IMG/VR virus record: IMGVR_UViG_2541047950_000002
Coordinates: 1 to 51,620 of that record
Source of the DNA: a virus
Taxonomy: Duplodnaviria > Heunggongvirae > Uroviricota > Caudoviricetes
Length of the DNA stretch: 51,620 bases
Strand: one strand, 5' to 3'
Part shown: in pieces, positions 35,916 to 45,970 of the stretch
Numbering within the stretch: position 1 is the stretch's first letter
How the letters are laid out: each line of letters opens with the position of its first letter
Translations under genes and position numbers: made by a program
Notes under the pieces: model-generated
What the model saw: the letters and a program-made list of their open reading frames with translations, nothing else
The model's database searches: none
What the model was told of the DNA's origin: nothing

Positions 35916-38508
35916 TCTTGTTATTGATTTGAGTCTGGATGCGGCCCGGTTTGATGAACAGATGGCTCGGGTACGCCGCCATTTTTCCAGTCTGGAGGCG
36001 GATGCCAGAAAAACCGCCAGTACTGTTGAACAGGGGCTGAGCCGACAGGCGCTGGCTGCACAAAAAGCCGGGATATCAGTCGGACAGTATAAGGCTGCCA
36101 TGCGCACACTGCCCGCACAGTTCACGGATATTGTCACTCAGCTTGCCGGTGGTCAGAATCCCTTCCTTATCATGCTGCAGCAGGGGGGGCAGATCAGCGA
36201 TTCATTCGGTGGACCGCTCAGCCTGCTTACCCTGCTGAAGGAGGAACTTCTCGGGATCAGGGATGCCTCTGAATCATCAGAGGATTCGCTGTCAGATACG
36301 GCAAATGCACTGGCTGAAAATGCCCGGAATGCCGGTGAACTGGGACGATTTATGTCGGTGGCCCGTGTGGCGGCAGGTGGCGGGGTTGCCGTACTGGCCG
36401 CGCTTGCTGCTGCCGCCTGGCAGGCAGAGCAGGCTGACCGGGCCTTATTGCGTTCACTGACCCTGACCGGAGGGGCGGCTGCCACCACAACGGCAGAATT
36501 GTGGAAAATGGCCGGGGTGATCAGCGATGAAGCCGGTGGTGGTATCAGACAGGCGGCAGAAAATCTGGCCCGTCTGGCAGAAAGCGGGAAATATACCGCC
36601 GGGCAGCTACGGATCATGGGGGAAACCTCTCAGAGATGGCTGCAGACGGTGGGGGACGATGCCGGGAAGGTGGAAAAAGCCTTTGAAGGGATTGCAGCAG
36701 ATCCGGTGAAGGCGCTGGCCTCCCTGAATCAGCAGTATAACTTCCTGAGCGTTTCCCAGTTACGCCATATTGATGAGCTTGAGCGCACGAAAGGTAAACA
36801 GGCTGCGGTAACGGAGGCGATGTCCCTGTTTGCGGATGTCATGAATGCACGTCTGGAGCAACTTGATAAAGCGGCCACGCCGGTGGAAAAAATCTGGGAC
36901 GATGTTAAAACCTGGACTTCTGACGCATGGGCATGGATAGGTGATCATACTCTGGGGGCACTCAGTCTGATCACTGACGTGGTGGCCGGAACCGTTGAAC
37001 AGGTGAAGCTGCTGCTTGTGCAGGGGGATCTGGCGCTGGCTGAATTTATTCAGTCAGCTTGGGAAACGACAAAGAATGTGCCCGGCGTTGGTGCGTTGTT
37101 TGGTGAACTGGCAGAAGAGAACCGCGTATTTATTGAGAAAACAAAACGCGATGAACTGGCGCTGAGAAAATCCATTGCGGAACGGGATGCGCGTATACGC
37201 CAGGGGGAAATGGGGTACATCAACCGTTCGCGTGCAACAGGCGTCAGCAAAGGTCCGGGGCAGCAGGAAGCCGTCAGCCGTCTGGCTGAAGAGCTGACAG
37301 GTAAAAAGCATACATCACCGAAAACGCGCTCTGCCGGGGAGAGGGAAGAGGAGCAGGCAAGAGAGGCTCTGCTTGCCCTTGAAGCTGAGCTCAGGACGCT
37401 GGAAAAACACAGCGGTGCGAATGAGAAAATCAGCCGGCAGCGCCGTGATTTATGGAAGGCAGAAAGTCAGTATGCGGTCCTGAAAGAGGCTGCCACGAAA
37501 CGACAGTTATCCGGGCAGGAAAAATCCCTGCTGGCCCATGAGAAAGAGACGCTGGAGTACAAACGCCAGCTGGCTGAGCTGGGCGACAAGGTTGAATACC
37601 AGAAACGCCTGAATGAGCTGGCACAGCAGGCGGCACGGTTTGAAGAGCAGCAGAGCGCGAAGCAGGCCGCCATCAGCGCAAAAGCCCGTGGTCTCACTGA
37701 CCGTCAGGCTCAGCGGGAGTCTGAAGCGCAGCGTCTTCGTGACGTGTATGGCGATAATCCGCAGGCGCTGGCACAGGTCACCGGGGCACTTAAACAGACA
37801 TGGACGGATGAAGACATGCTGCGCGGTGACTGGCTGGCCGGGCTGAAGTCCGGCTGGGGGGAGTGGGCGGAAAGTGCGACGGACAGTTTTTCGCAGGTTA
37901 AAAGTGCTGCCACGCAGACCTTTGACGGTATTGCACAGAATATGGCGGCGATGCTGACCGGTGCAGAGGCAGACTGGCGGGGATTCACCCGTTCGGTGCT
38001 GTCCATGATGACAGAAATCCTGCTTAAACAGGCCATGGTGGGAATTGTCGGGCGTATCGGCAGCGCCATTGGTGGTGCTTTCGGTGGTGGCGCATCCGCT
38101 TCCACGGGAACGGCCATTGAGGCTGCGGCGGCGAACTTTCATTTCGCGACCGGCGGATTTACGGGCACGGGCGGCAAATATGAGCCTGCGGGGATAGTTC
38201 ACCGCGGGGAGTTTGTTTTCACGAAAGAGGCAACCAGCCGGATAGGTGTGGGGAATCTTTACCGTCTGATGCGCGGCTATGCGGAAGGTGGTTATGTGGG
38301 TGGTGCCGGAAGTCCGGCGCAGATGCGGCGGGCGGAAGGTATTAATTTTAATCAGAACAATCACGTAGTGATTCAGAACGACGGTATCAACGGACAGGCG
38401 GGGCCGCAGCTGATGAAGGCGGTGTATGACATGGCCCGTAAGGGGGCGCAGGATGAACTCCGGCTGCAGTTGCGTGATGGCGGTATGTTATCAGGGAGCG
38501 GGCGATGA
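35896..38508 (+). CDS. H: tail tape measure protein H
   Basis: 870 aa, helix-rich; position and similarity to lambda gpH. Confidence 0.85.
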   Translation: MSQPAGDLVIDLSLDAARFDEQMARVRRHFSSLEADARKTASTVEQGLSRQALAAQKAGISVGQYKAAMRTLPAQFTDIVTQLAGGQNPFLIMLQQGGQISDSFGGPLSLLTLLKEELLGIRDASESSEDSLSDTANALAENARNAGELGRFMSVARVAAGGGVAVLAALAAAAWQAEQADRALLRSLTLTGGAAATTTAELWKMAGVISDEAGGGIRQAAENLARLAESGKYTAGQLRIMGETSQRWLQTVGDDAGKVEKAFEGIAADPVKALASLNQQYNFLSVSQLRHIDELERTKGKQAAVTEAMSLFADVMNARLEQLDKAATPVEKIWDDVKTWTSDAWAWIGDHTLGALSLITDVVAGTVEQVKLLLVQGDLALAEFIQSAWETTKNVPGVGALFGELAEENRVFIEKTKRDELALRKSIAERDARIRQGEMGYINRSRATGVSKGPGQQEAVSRLAEELTGKKHTSPKTRSAGEREEEQAREALLALEAELRTLEKHSGANEKISRQRRDLWKAESQYAVLKEAATKRQLSGQEKSLLAHEKETLEYKRQLAELGDKVEYQKRLNELAQQAARFEEQQSAKQAAISAKARGLTDRQAQRESEAQRLRDVYGDNPQALAQVTGALKQTWTDEDMLRGDWLAGLKSGWGEWAESATDSFSQVKSAATQTFDGIAQNMAAMLTGAEADWRGFTRSVLSMMTEILLKQAMVGIVGRIGSAIGGAFGGGASASTGTAIEAAAANFHFATGGFTGTGGKYEPAGIVHRGEFVFTKEATSRIGVGNLYRLMRGYAEGGYVGGAGSPAQMRRAEGINFNQNNHVVIQNDGINGQAGPQLMKAVYDMARKGAQDELRLQLRDGGMLSGSGR

Positions 38509-38834
38509 AAACCTTTCGCTGGAAAGTGAAGCCGGATATGGAGGTGAACTCGCAGCCATCGGTGCGTGAAGTGCGTTTTGGTGACGGGTACTCACAGCGT
38601 ATGGCGGCAGGGCTGAATGCTGACCTGAAAACATACCGGGTGATGCTTTCCGTGACCCGGGAGGAGGCCCGGCATCTGGAAGCGTTCCTGGCAGAGCACG
38701 GGGGCTGGAAGGCATTTTTGTGGAAGCCACCCTATGCATACCGGCAGATAAAGGTGACCTGTGCTGCGTGGTCATCACGGGTTCGCATGCTGCGGGTGGA
38801 ATTCAGTGCCGAGTTTAAGCAGGTGGTGAACTGA
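38505..38834 (+). CDS. M: minor tail protein M
   Basis: 109 aa; near-identical to lambda gpM as recalled. Confidence 0.85.
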   Translation: MKTFRWKVKPDMEVNSQPSVREVRFGDGYSQRMAAGLNADLKTYRVMLSVTREEARHLEAFLAEHGGWKAFLWKPPYAYRQIKVTCAAWSSRVRMLRVEFSAEFKQVVN

Positions 38835-39532
38835 TGCAGGATATTCACGAAGAAAGTCTGAACGAGTCGGTTAAATCAGAGCAGTCACCGCGGGTGGTAC
38901 TCTGGGAAATCGACCTGACGGTACAGGGCGGTGAGCGGTATTTTTTCTGTAATGAGCTGAATGAAAAAGGGGAGCCGGTGACCTGGCAGGGGCGGAAGTA
39001 TGAGGCGTACCCGATTGAGGGCAGCGGCTTTGAGATGAACGGAAAGGGCAGCAGTGCCCGCCCGTCGCTGACAGTGTCCAATCTTTTCGGGCTGGTCACC
39101 GGGATGGCGGAGGATTTGCAGAGCCTGGTGGGTGCCACGGTGGTCCGTCGCCGGGTGTATGCGCGTTTTCTGGATGCGGTGAATTTTGTGGCAGGCAATC
39201 CTGAGGCAGACCCGGAGCAGGAGCTGACGGACCGGTGGGTGGTGGAGCAGTTATCAGAGCTGACGGCCATGACGGCCTCGTTTGTGCTGGCGACACCGAC
39301 GGAGACGGACGGGGCGCTGTTTCCCGGTCGCATCATGCTGGCGAACACCTGTATGTGGGATTACCGGGGCGATGAGTGCGGGTATAACGGTCCGGCAGTG
39401 GCGGATGAGTTCGACAACCCCACCACGGATATCCGGAAGGACAGATGCAGTAAATGTATGCGCGGGTGTGAGATGCGCGGCATGGCGGTCAATTTTGGCG
39501 GTTTCCTTTCCATCAATAAACTTTCGCAGTAA
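38834..39532 (+). CDS. L: minor tail protein L
   Basis: 232 aa; Cys cluster CSKCMRGCEMRG; similarity to lambda gpL. Confidence 0.85.
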   Translation: MQDIHEESLNESVKSEQSPRVVLWEIDLTVQGGERYFFCNELNEKGEPVTWQGRKYEAYPIEGSGFEMNGKGSSARPSLTVSNLFGLVTGMAEDLQSLVGATVVRRRVYARFLDAVNFVAGNPEADPEQELTDRWVVEQLSELTAMTASFVLATPTETDGALFPGRIMLANTCMWDYRGDECGYNGPAVADEFDNPTTDIRKDRCSKCMRGCEMRGMAVNFGGFLSINKLSQ

Positions 39533-39542
39533 ATCCCGTTTT

Positions 39543-40286
39543 ATGACACAGACTGAATCAGCGATTCTGGTGCATGCCCGGCGGTGTGCGCCAGCGGAGT
39601 CGTGCGGCTTCGTGATAAGCACCCCGGAGGGCGAACGGTACCAGCCCTGCGTGAATATCTCCGCAGAGCCGGAGGCGTATTTTCGTATTACACCGGAAGA
39701 CTGGCTGCAGGCACAGATGCAGGGGGAGATTGTGGCGCTGGTCCACAGTCATCCCGGTGGTCTGCCCTGGCTGAGCGAGGCGGACCGGCGGCTGCAGATA
39801 AAGAGTGCCCTGCCCTGGTGGCTGGTCTGCCGGGGTGAAATTCACCGGTTCCGCTGTGTGCCGCACCTGACCGGACGGCGCTTTGAACACGGTGTGACGG
39901 ACTGTTACACCCTGTTCCGGGATGCATACCATCTGGCGGGGATAACGCTGCCGGATTTTGTGCGTGAGGATGACTGGTGGCGCAACGGCCAGAACCTGTA
40001 CCTGGACAACCTGGCGGAAAACGGCTTTTACCGGGTGTCTCCGTCCTGTGCACAGGCAGGCGATATCCTGCTGTGCTGCTTTGGTTCATCGGTGCCGAAT
40101 CATGCCGCCATTTACTGTGGCAACGGTGAACTGCTTCACCATATACCTGAACAACTGAGTAAACGGGAGAGGTATTCTGAAAAATGGCAACGACGAACGC
40201 ATTCTGTCTGGCGTCACCGCCACTGGTCCGCATCTGCCTTCACGGGGATTTACAACGATTTGGTCGCCGCATCAGCCTGTATGTGA
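39543..40286 (+). CDS. K: tail tip assembly protein K (MPN/NlpC-P60 type)
   Basis: Start MTQTESAIL inside the track ORF 39282-40286; JAMM-like HSHPGG motif; 3' end overlaps I. Confidence 0.8.
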   Translation: MTQTESAILVHARRCAPAESCGFVISTPEGERYQPCVNISAEPEAYFRITPEDWLQAQMQGEIVALVHSHPGGLPWLSEADRRLQIKSALPWWLVCRGEIHRFRCVPHLTGRRFEHGVTDCYTLFRDAYHLAGITLPDFVREDDWWRNGQNLYLDNLAENGFYRVSPSCAQAGDILLCCFGSSVPNHAAIYCGNGELLHHIPEQLSKRERYSEKWQRRTHSVWRHRHWSASAFTGIYNDLVAASACM

Positions 40287-40831
40287 ACACGGCAGCAGAG
40301 GCCATCCGTGCCCTGTCGCTGCAGCTGCCGGGATTCCGCCGTCAGATGAACGAAGGCTGGTACCGGGTACGTATTGCCGGTGAGGATACTGCGCCGGACC
40401 AGATATCGACCCGACTGCATGAGCCACTGAGCCCGGGGGATGTCATTCATCTGGTACCCCGGACTGAAGGAGCCAAAAGTGGCGGTGTGTTTCAGACTGT
40501 GCTGGGCGTTGCGCTGGTTGCAGCTGCTATCTGGATGCCGGGTATCGGTATTGCAGCCAGCAATATTATGTTTTCCATGGGTTCTGCAATGGCGCTGGGT
40601 GGTGTGGCTCAGATGCTGGCCCCGAAGGCAAAAACACCGGAGTACAGGGCGACGGATAACGGTAAACAGAACACGTATTTTTCCTCACTGGATAACATGA
40701 TTGCCCAGGGGAACCCGATGCCGGTGCCTTACGGTGAAATGCTGGTTGGCTCCCGGCGAATCTCCCAGGACATCAGCACCCGTGATGAAGGTGGTGGCGG
40801 GAAGGTGGTGGTTATCGGGCGGCAGGGGTAA
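40184..40831 (+). CDS. I: tail tip assembly protein I
   Basis: 215 aa; ARICL.GDLQRFGRRI and NGKQNTYFSSLDNM.AQGN match lambda gpI. Confidence 0.8.
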   Translation: MATTNAFCLASPPLVRICLHGDLQRFGRRISLYVNTAAEAIRALSLQLPGFRRQMNEGWYRVRIAGEDTAPDQISTRLHEPLSPGDVIHLVPRTEGAKSGGVFQTVLGVALVAAAIWMPGIGIAASNIMFSMGSAMALGGVAQMLAPKAKTPEYRATDNGKQNTYFSSLDNMIAQGNPMPVPYGEMLVGSRRISQDISTRDEGGGGKVVVIGRQG

Positions 40832-41000
40832 AGCATAAAAAAAAAGTCCCGCAGTGTTGCGGAGCTGCGGGAGAGAACGATGAAGATTAACGTTATGGAG
40901 TTATTTTTCAGGCACTAAAAAGTAACGCAGCGTATTTATCAGCGCAACAGTCTTTTTTTTCAGAATGTGAAGAAATTCAGAATTTTTATTCAGTCATGAT

Positions 41001-41034
41001 ACAGGCATCCTCCGGGATGCCTGTTGTTTTTGTG
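41001..41034 (+). terminator. strong hairpin terminator-like element in the I-J spacer
   Basis: Perfect 10-bp stem ACAGGCATCC-TCCG-GGATGCCTGT followed by TGTTTTTGTG. Confidence 0.5.
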
Positions 41035-41065
41035 CGTAACAGTTATCGCAGTAAAGGGTGAGACA

Positions 41066-44000
41066 ATGGGCAAAGGTGGCGGCAAGGGGCACACGCCGGT
41101 TGAGGCAAAGGACAATCTCAAATCCACGCAGATGATGAGCGTGATTGATGCGATTGGTGAGGGACCGATAGAAGGCCCGGTGAAGGGGCTGCAGAGTATT
41201 CTGGTGAACAAAACCCCGCTGACGGACACGGACGGTAATCCCGTGATACACGGTGTGACCGCGGTCTGGCGTGCCGGGGAGCAGGAGCAGACACCACCCG
41301 AAGGCTTTGAGTCCTCCGGAGCTGAAACCGCACTGGGCGTGGAAGTGACGAAGGCAAAGCCGGTGACGCGCACCATTACGTCCGCGAACATTGACCGCCT
41401 GCGGGTCACCTTCGGGGTGCAGTCACTGGTGCAGACCACGTCAGAGGGTGACCGAAACCCGGCATCCGTCCGCCTGCTGATTCAGTTACAGCGTAACGGT
41501 AACTGGGTGACGGAAAAGGATGTCACCATTAATGGCAAGACCACCTCGCAGTTTCTGGCGTCGGTGATTCTGGATAACCTGCCTGAGCGTCCTTTTAACA
41601 TCCGGATGGTCCGGGAGACGGCGGACAGCACCACGGACCAGCTGCAGAACAGAACGCTGTGGTCGTCATACACCGAAATCATCGATGTGAAACAGTGCTA
41701 CCCGAACACGGCGATTGTGGGCCTGCAGGTGGATGCGGAGCAGTTTGGCGGTCAGCAGATGACGGTGAACTACCATATCCGCGGTCGCATCATCCAGGTG
41801 CCGTCAAACTATGACCCGGAAAAACGCACTTACAGCGGCATCTGGGACGGCAGCCTGAAACCGGCATACAGCAACAACCCGGCCTGGTGCCTGTGGGACA
41901 TGCTGACTCACCCGCGTTACGGAATGGGAAAACGCCTGGGGGCGGCGGATGTGGACAAATGGGCGCTGTATGCCATCGGGCAGTACTGCGACCAGATGGT
42001 CCCGGATGGTTTCGGGGGCACAGAGCCGCGGATGACCTTTAATGCATACCTGTCACAACAGCGTAAGGCGTGGGACGTTCTCAGTGATTTCTGCTCGGCG
42101 ATGCGCTGTATGCCGGTATGGAACGGCCAGACGCTGACGTTCGTTCAGGACCGCTCGTCGGATGTGGTGTGGCCGTACACCAACAGCGATGTGGTGGTGG
42201 ATGATAACGGCGTGGGGTTCCGCTACAGCTTCAGTGCCCTGAAGGACCGTCACACGGCGGTGGAGGTGAATTACACCGACCCGCAGAACGGCTGGCAGAC
42301 CTCCACGGAACTGGTGGAAGACCCGGACGCCATACTGCGCTACGGACGCAACCTGCTGAAGATGGATGCGTTCGGCTGCACCAGTCGCGGTCAGGCCCAC
42401 CGTGCCGGGCTGTGGGTGATAAAGACCGAACTGCTGGAAACGCAGACGGTGGATTTCACGCTCGGGTCACAGGGGCTGCGTCACACACCCGGTGACATTA
42501 TTGAAATCTGTGATAACGACTATGCCGGGACCCTGACCGGCGGACGCATCCTGTCCATTGATGCCGCCAGCCGCACCCTGACACTGGACCGTGAGGTGAC
42601 CCTGCCGGAGACAGGTACTTCGACGGTGAACCTGATTAACGGCAGCGGTAAGCCGGTGAGCGTGGACATCACTGCACACCCCGCGCCGGACCGGATACAG
42701 GTCAGTACCCTGCCGGATGGTGTGGAGACATACGGGGTGTGGGGACTCTCCCTGCCGTCACTGCGTCGTCGCCTGTTCCGCTGTGTCTCCATCCGGGAAA
42801 ACACGGACGGCACCTTTGCCATCACGGCAGTGCAGCATGTGCCGGAAAAAGAAGCCATCGTGGATAACGGGGCCAGCTTTGAGCCGCAGTCAGGCACCCT
42901 GAACAGCGTTATCCCACCGGCAGTGCAGCACCTCACGGTGGAGGTGAGCGCGGCTGACGGCCAGTATCTGGCACAGGCGAAATGGGACACGCCGCGGGTG
43001 GTGAAGGGGGTGCGCTTCAGTCTGCGACTGACCAGCGGAAGCGGAGAAGACAGCCGTCTGGTGACCACCGCCATCACTGCGGATACAGAGCATCGTTTCA
43101 GTGGTCTGCCGCTCGGGGAATACACCCTGACGGTCAGGGCGATTAACAGCTATGGCCAGCAGGGCGAACCGGCCACCACCACCTTCCGGATTAACGCGCC
43201 AGCAAAACCCGCCACCATTGAACTGACGCCGGGGTATTTTCAGATAACGGCGGTCCCGCGTCTTGCGGTGTATGACCCGACGGTACAGTTTGAATTCTGG
43301 TTTTCGGAGGCAAAAATCGCAGACACCGCACAGGTGGAAACCGCTGCCCGTTATCTGGGGACCGGCAGCCAGTGGAGCGTCTCCGGCAGCCGGATTAAGC
43401 CGGGGACGGATTTCTGGTTTTATGTGCGCAGCGTCAACCTGGTGGGCAAGTCTGCGTTTGTGGAAGCCGGCGGGCAGGCCAGCAATGATGCGGAAGGTTA
43501 TCTGGACTTTTTCAGAGGAGAAATAGGGAAAACGCATCTGGCTCAGGGGCTGTGGGAGCTGATAGATAACAGCCAGCTTGCGGATGATATGGCGGAAATG
43601 CAGACCACCATCACCGAAACCCGCAATGAAATCACACAGACGGTCAGTAAAACGCTGGAGAGCCAGAGCGCCACCATACAGCAGATACAGCGCGTGCAGA
43701 CGGGCACAAATGATGACCTGGCTGCACTCTACATGCTGAAGGTACAGAAAACGAAAGACGGCATTCCCTATGTGGCCGGGATAGGTGCGGGGATTGAGGA
43801 TACTGATGGTCAGACGCTGAGCAACATACTGCTGCAGGCTGACCGTATAGCGATGATTAACCCGCAGGACGGCAACACCACGCCGTTATTTGTGGCGCAG
43901 GGGAATCAGTTGTTCCTGAATGATGTTCTGATGAAATCGCTGATTGTTGATTTTGCCAGTATTACAGGTGAGATCCAGTCTGATGGTTTTAAATCCGGAT

Positions 44001-44140
44001 CACCCGGCTGGCGTTTTTCACGTAACGGAAAACTGGAAATTAACAGCAGTAATGACGGTGGGCGCATGACTTTTAACGGCGATCGTATCGATGTGTATGA
44101 TCAGAATGGTGTGCTGCGTGTCCGGATGGGGAAACTCTGA
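41066..44140 (+). CDS. J: host-specificity tip attachment protein J
   Basis: About 1024 aa from MGKGGGKGHTP; N-terminal two thirds closely match lambda gpJ as recalled; C-terminal receptor-binding part diverges. Confidence 0.85.
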   Translation: MGKGGGKGHTPVEAKDNLKSTQMMSVIDAIGEGPIEGPVKGLQSILVNKTPLTDTDGNPVIHGVTAVWRAGEQEQTPPEGFESSGAETALGVEVTKAKPVTRTITSANIDRLRVTFGVQSLVQTTSEGDRNPASVRLLIQLQRNGNWVTEKDVTINGKTTSQFLASVILDNLPERPFNIRMVRETADSTTDQLQNRTLWSSYTEIIDVKQCYPNTAIVGLQVDAEQFGGQQMTVNYHIRGRIIQVPSNYDPEKRTYSGIWDGSLKPAYSNNPAWCLWDMLTHPRYGMGKRLGAADVDKWALYAIGQYCDQMVPDGFGGTEPRMTFNAYLSQQRKAWDVLSDFCSAMRCMPVWNGQTLTFVQDRSSDVVWPYTNSDVVVDDNGVGFRYSFSALKDRHTAVEVNYTDPQNGWQTSTELVEDPDAILRYGRNLLKMDAFGCTSRGQAHRAGLWVIKTELLETQTVDFTLGSQGLRHTPGDIIEICDNDYAGTLTGGRILSIDAASRTLTLDREVTLPETGTSTVNLINGSGKPVSVDITAHPAPDRIQVSTLPDGVETYGVWGLSLPSLRRRLFRCVSIRENTDGTFAITAVQHVPEKEAIVDNGASFEPQSGTLNSVIPPAVQHLTVEVSAADGQYLAQAKWDTPRVVKGVRFSLRLTSGSGEDSRLVTTAITADTEHRFSGLPLGEYTLTVRAINSYGQQGEPATTTFRINAPAKPATIELTPGYFQITAVPRLAVYDPTVQFEFWFSEAKIADTAQVETAARYLGTGSQWSVSGSRIKPGTDFWFYVRSVNLVGKSAFVEAGGQASNDAEGYLDFFRGEIGKTHLAQGLWELIDNSQLADDMAEMQTTITETRNEITQTVSKTLESQSATIQQIQRVQTGTNDDLAALYMLKVQKTKDGIPYVAGIGAGIEDTDGQTLSNILLQADRIAMINPQDGNTTPLFVAQGNQLFLNDVLMKSLIVDFASITGEIQSDGFKSGSPGWRFSRNGKLEINSSNDGGRMTFNGDRIDVYDQNGVLRVRMGKL

Positions 44141-44164
44141 TGTTCATTCTTCAGGAGCAGTGAT

Positions 44165-44446
44165 ATGGGATACGGTTATTCTGTTTATGATGGCAAAGGA
44201 AGGGATATCAGCGGGTTTCTCACTCCGATATTTTTTCTTGACAGATTCACGGCATCGTCAGGCTCAAAAACATACGCAGATCCACCACGGGGAAAGTCAT
44301 TGTGTGCTGTATGTTCATTAATGCCTTTGAATAATGATAATCATATAAATATTCCGTCTCCTCAGATTGTTATTGAAGGTAACACGGTTCGCTGGTCAAA
44401 CCTGTATCAGGGATTAGGTTCATATATTTATACATTCTGGAGGTGA
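44165..44446 (+). CDS. hypothetical protein, 93 aa, AT-rich post-J cargo
   Basis: ATG with AGGAG RBS 8 nt upstream; about 40 percent GC against a GC-rich tail module. Confidence 0.45.
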   Translation: MGYGYSVYDGKGRDISGFLTPIFFLDRFTASSGSKTYADPPRGKSLCAVCSLMPLNNDNHINIPSPQIVIEGNTVRWSNLYQGLGSYIYTFWR

Positions 44447-45060
44447 GCATGCATGGAATGAGTATTACACAGCCGGATGGAAGTGTATGGCTGAGCCCGG
44501 AATTTACCCCTGCCTGTTTAATTAATAAGGGGAATCTGGCAGCCTCAAAGGGCGCGCTATACAGAACATCAATACCTTCCTGGAAGTCGTGTTTTTTCTT
44601 TATAAAAAGCACCGCCAGGGCAAATATGATGTTTTTACATGAACAGTCTGGTGGTGTGCATACATTAAAACTCCATCAGTTATCAGGTAACCCAGGAACA
44701 ATTACTGTTTATGCGTTTTCCGATATGGTGTTACCGCATTCTGGTTATGGTATTGCCATGTATAATAAAAACGGAGAGATGATTTATCATGGCGAGATGA
44801 TGCCGCTTGATGCAAAACTGGTTAATGTTGATGTCCAGTTTTCAATTAACATGGGGTATCCGTGTGCAATAATGCCTGCAATGGTTGGCGTATATAATTA
44901 CAGACGAACAGATTATGACAGGCCTGTATATGTCACCATGACGGGGGCAACGGGAAATCAGATATATAACGGGGAATGGTATTCGAGTAATGTCACCTGG
45001 GATGTGCGTAAATCCTATACCAGACAGGTTCTTGTTATTGATACATCAAAATATGATTAA
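44443..45060 (+). CDS. hypothetical protein, 205 aa, AT-rich post-J cargo
   Basis: GTG start overlapping the upstream stop (GTGA); AT-rich; no recognisable family. Confidence 0.45.
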   Translation: MSMHGMSITQPDGSVWLSPEFTPACLINKGNLAASKGALYRTSIPSWKSCFFFIKSTARANMMFLHEQSGGVHTLKLHQLSGNPGTITVYAFSDMVLPHSGYGIAMYNKNGEMIYHGEMMPLDAKLVNVDVQFSINMGYPCAIMPAMVGVYNYRRTDYDRPVYVTMTGATGNQIYNGEWYSSNVTWDVRKSYTRQVLVIDTSKYD

Positions 45061-45164
45061 ATCACTGTGCAGATAGTTTATTTTGATGGTCAGTTAATTT
45101 TATGCGTAAACAGCATGTGATGCATTATCGAATCTGTTCTGTTTAATTATGGCTGGGTATTAAA

Positions 45165-45896
45165 ATGAAAATATCAGGTTTTATTGCCGGGTTTTATTTT
45201 ACTGGCATGAGTTTCTTTCCCGTGATGTCGTGGGCTGCAAAGGGGGAGCATACGTTGTCGCAGGGGTATGTCTGGCTTCATGTGTCCGGTCTGAAAAATT
45301 TTGTGAAAAACAGGTCTGATTATAACAGAATGGCACTTGAACAGGTTGTAAATGACGGTTTTCATTCCCGGGAAAATGATAATGGTGGTTTCAGCAATTA
45401 TGTGGGAAACGATAAGCCACTGCAGGGGATAAACGTCAGGTATCGTTATGAAATAACGGATAAGCTGGGTGTGATGAGTTCTTTTACCTGGGTACACTCA
45501 AAAACCAGTGCAAAATCCATAGCTGATATTCATCCCGCCGGGGCAGGAGAGGCAACATCCCATGTATCAGCCAGGACTGATATCATTGCCAGTTACCGGA
45601 GTTTCCTGGCAGGGCCGGTATGGCGGGTTAATGAGTATGCCAGTCTCTATGCAATGGCTGGTGCTGGCATGACAAAATTTTCTGCGGATTTGAAAATCAG
45701 TAAAAATATCAAAGGCAGTAAATGTGAACCATTGGGGGATAAACGTTACAGCAAAAGTAAAATATCTTTCGCCGGGGCGGTGGGAGGGCAGTTTAACCTG
45801 AACGAAACCGTTGTTATTGATGTGACATACGAATATTCAGGTTATGGTCAGTGGCATGCCAGTGGCTTTGGTGCAGGCATCGGTTTTAAATTCTGA
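45165..45896 (+). CDS. lom: Ail/Lom-family outer-membrane beta-barrel protein
   Basis: 243 aa; C-terminal VIDVTYEYSGYGQWHASGFGAGIGFKF and alternating beta-strand pattern typical of Lom/Ail/PagC; N-terminal signal-like segment. Confidence 0.6.
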   Translation: MKISGFIAGFYFTGMSFFPVMSWAAKGEHTLSQGYVWLHVSGLKNFVKNRSDYNRMALEQVVNDGFHSRENDNGGFSNYVGNDKPLQGINVRYRYEITDKLGVMSSFTWVHSKTSAKSIADIHPAGAGEATSHVSARTDIIASYRSFLAGPVWRVNEYASLYAMAGAGMTKFSADLKISKNIKGSKCEPLGDKRYSKSKISFAGAVGGQFNLNETVVIDVTYEYSGYGQWHASGFGAGIGFKF

Positions 45897-45922
45897 CGGC
45901 CAAAATACGACGGTTTTAGTCT

Positions 45923-45953
45923 GCCCGTAGCATCATTGCTGCGGGCTTTTTTT
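45923..45953 (+). terminator. rho-independent terminator after the lom-like gene
   Basis: GCCCGTAGCA...TGCTGCGGGC stem followed by TTTTTTT. Confidence 0.6.
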
Positions 45954-45970
45954 ATTATTGGTGGAAGAGT

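Noticed and set aside
36153-38364. Antisense ORFs within the tape measure gene (36153-36617, 37507-38364, 37710-38117)
   Set aside because: Shadow ORFs in a GC-rich, Ala-rich coding region; the sense strand encodes a conserved tape measure protein
39282-39542. Upstream extension of gene K in the track ORF
   Set aside because: Runs through the 3' end of L; the conserved K start MTQTESAIL is at 39543
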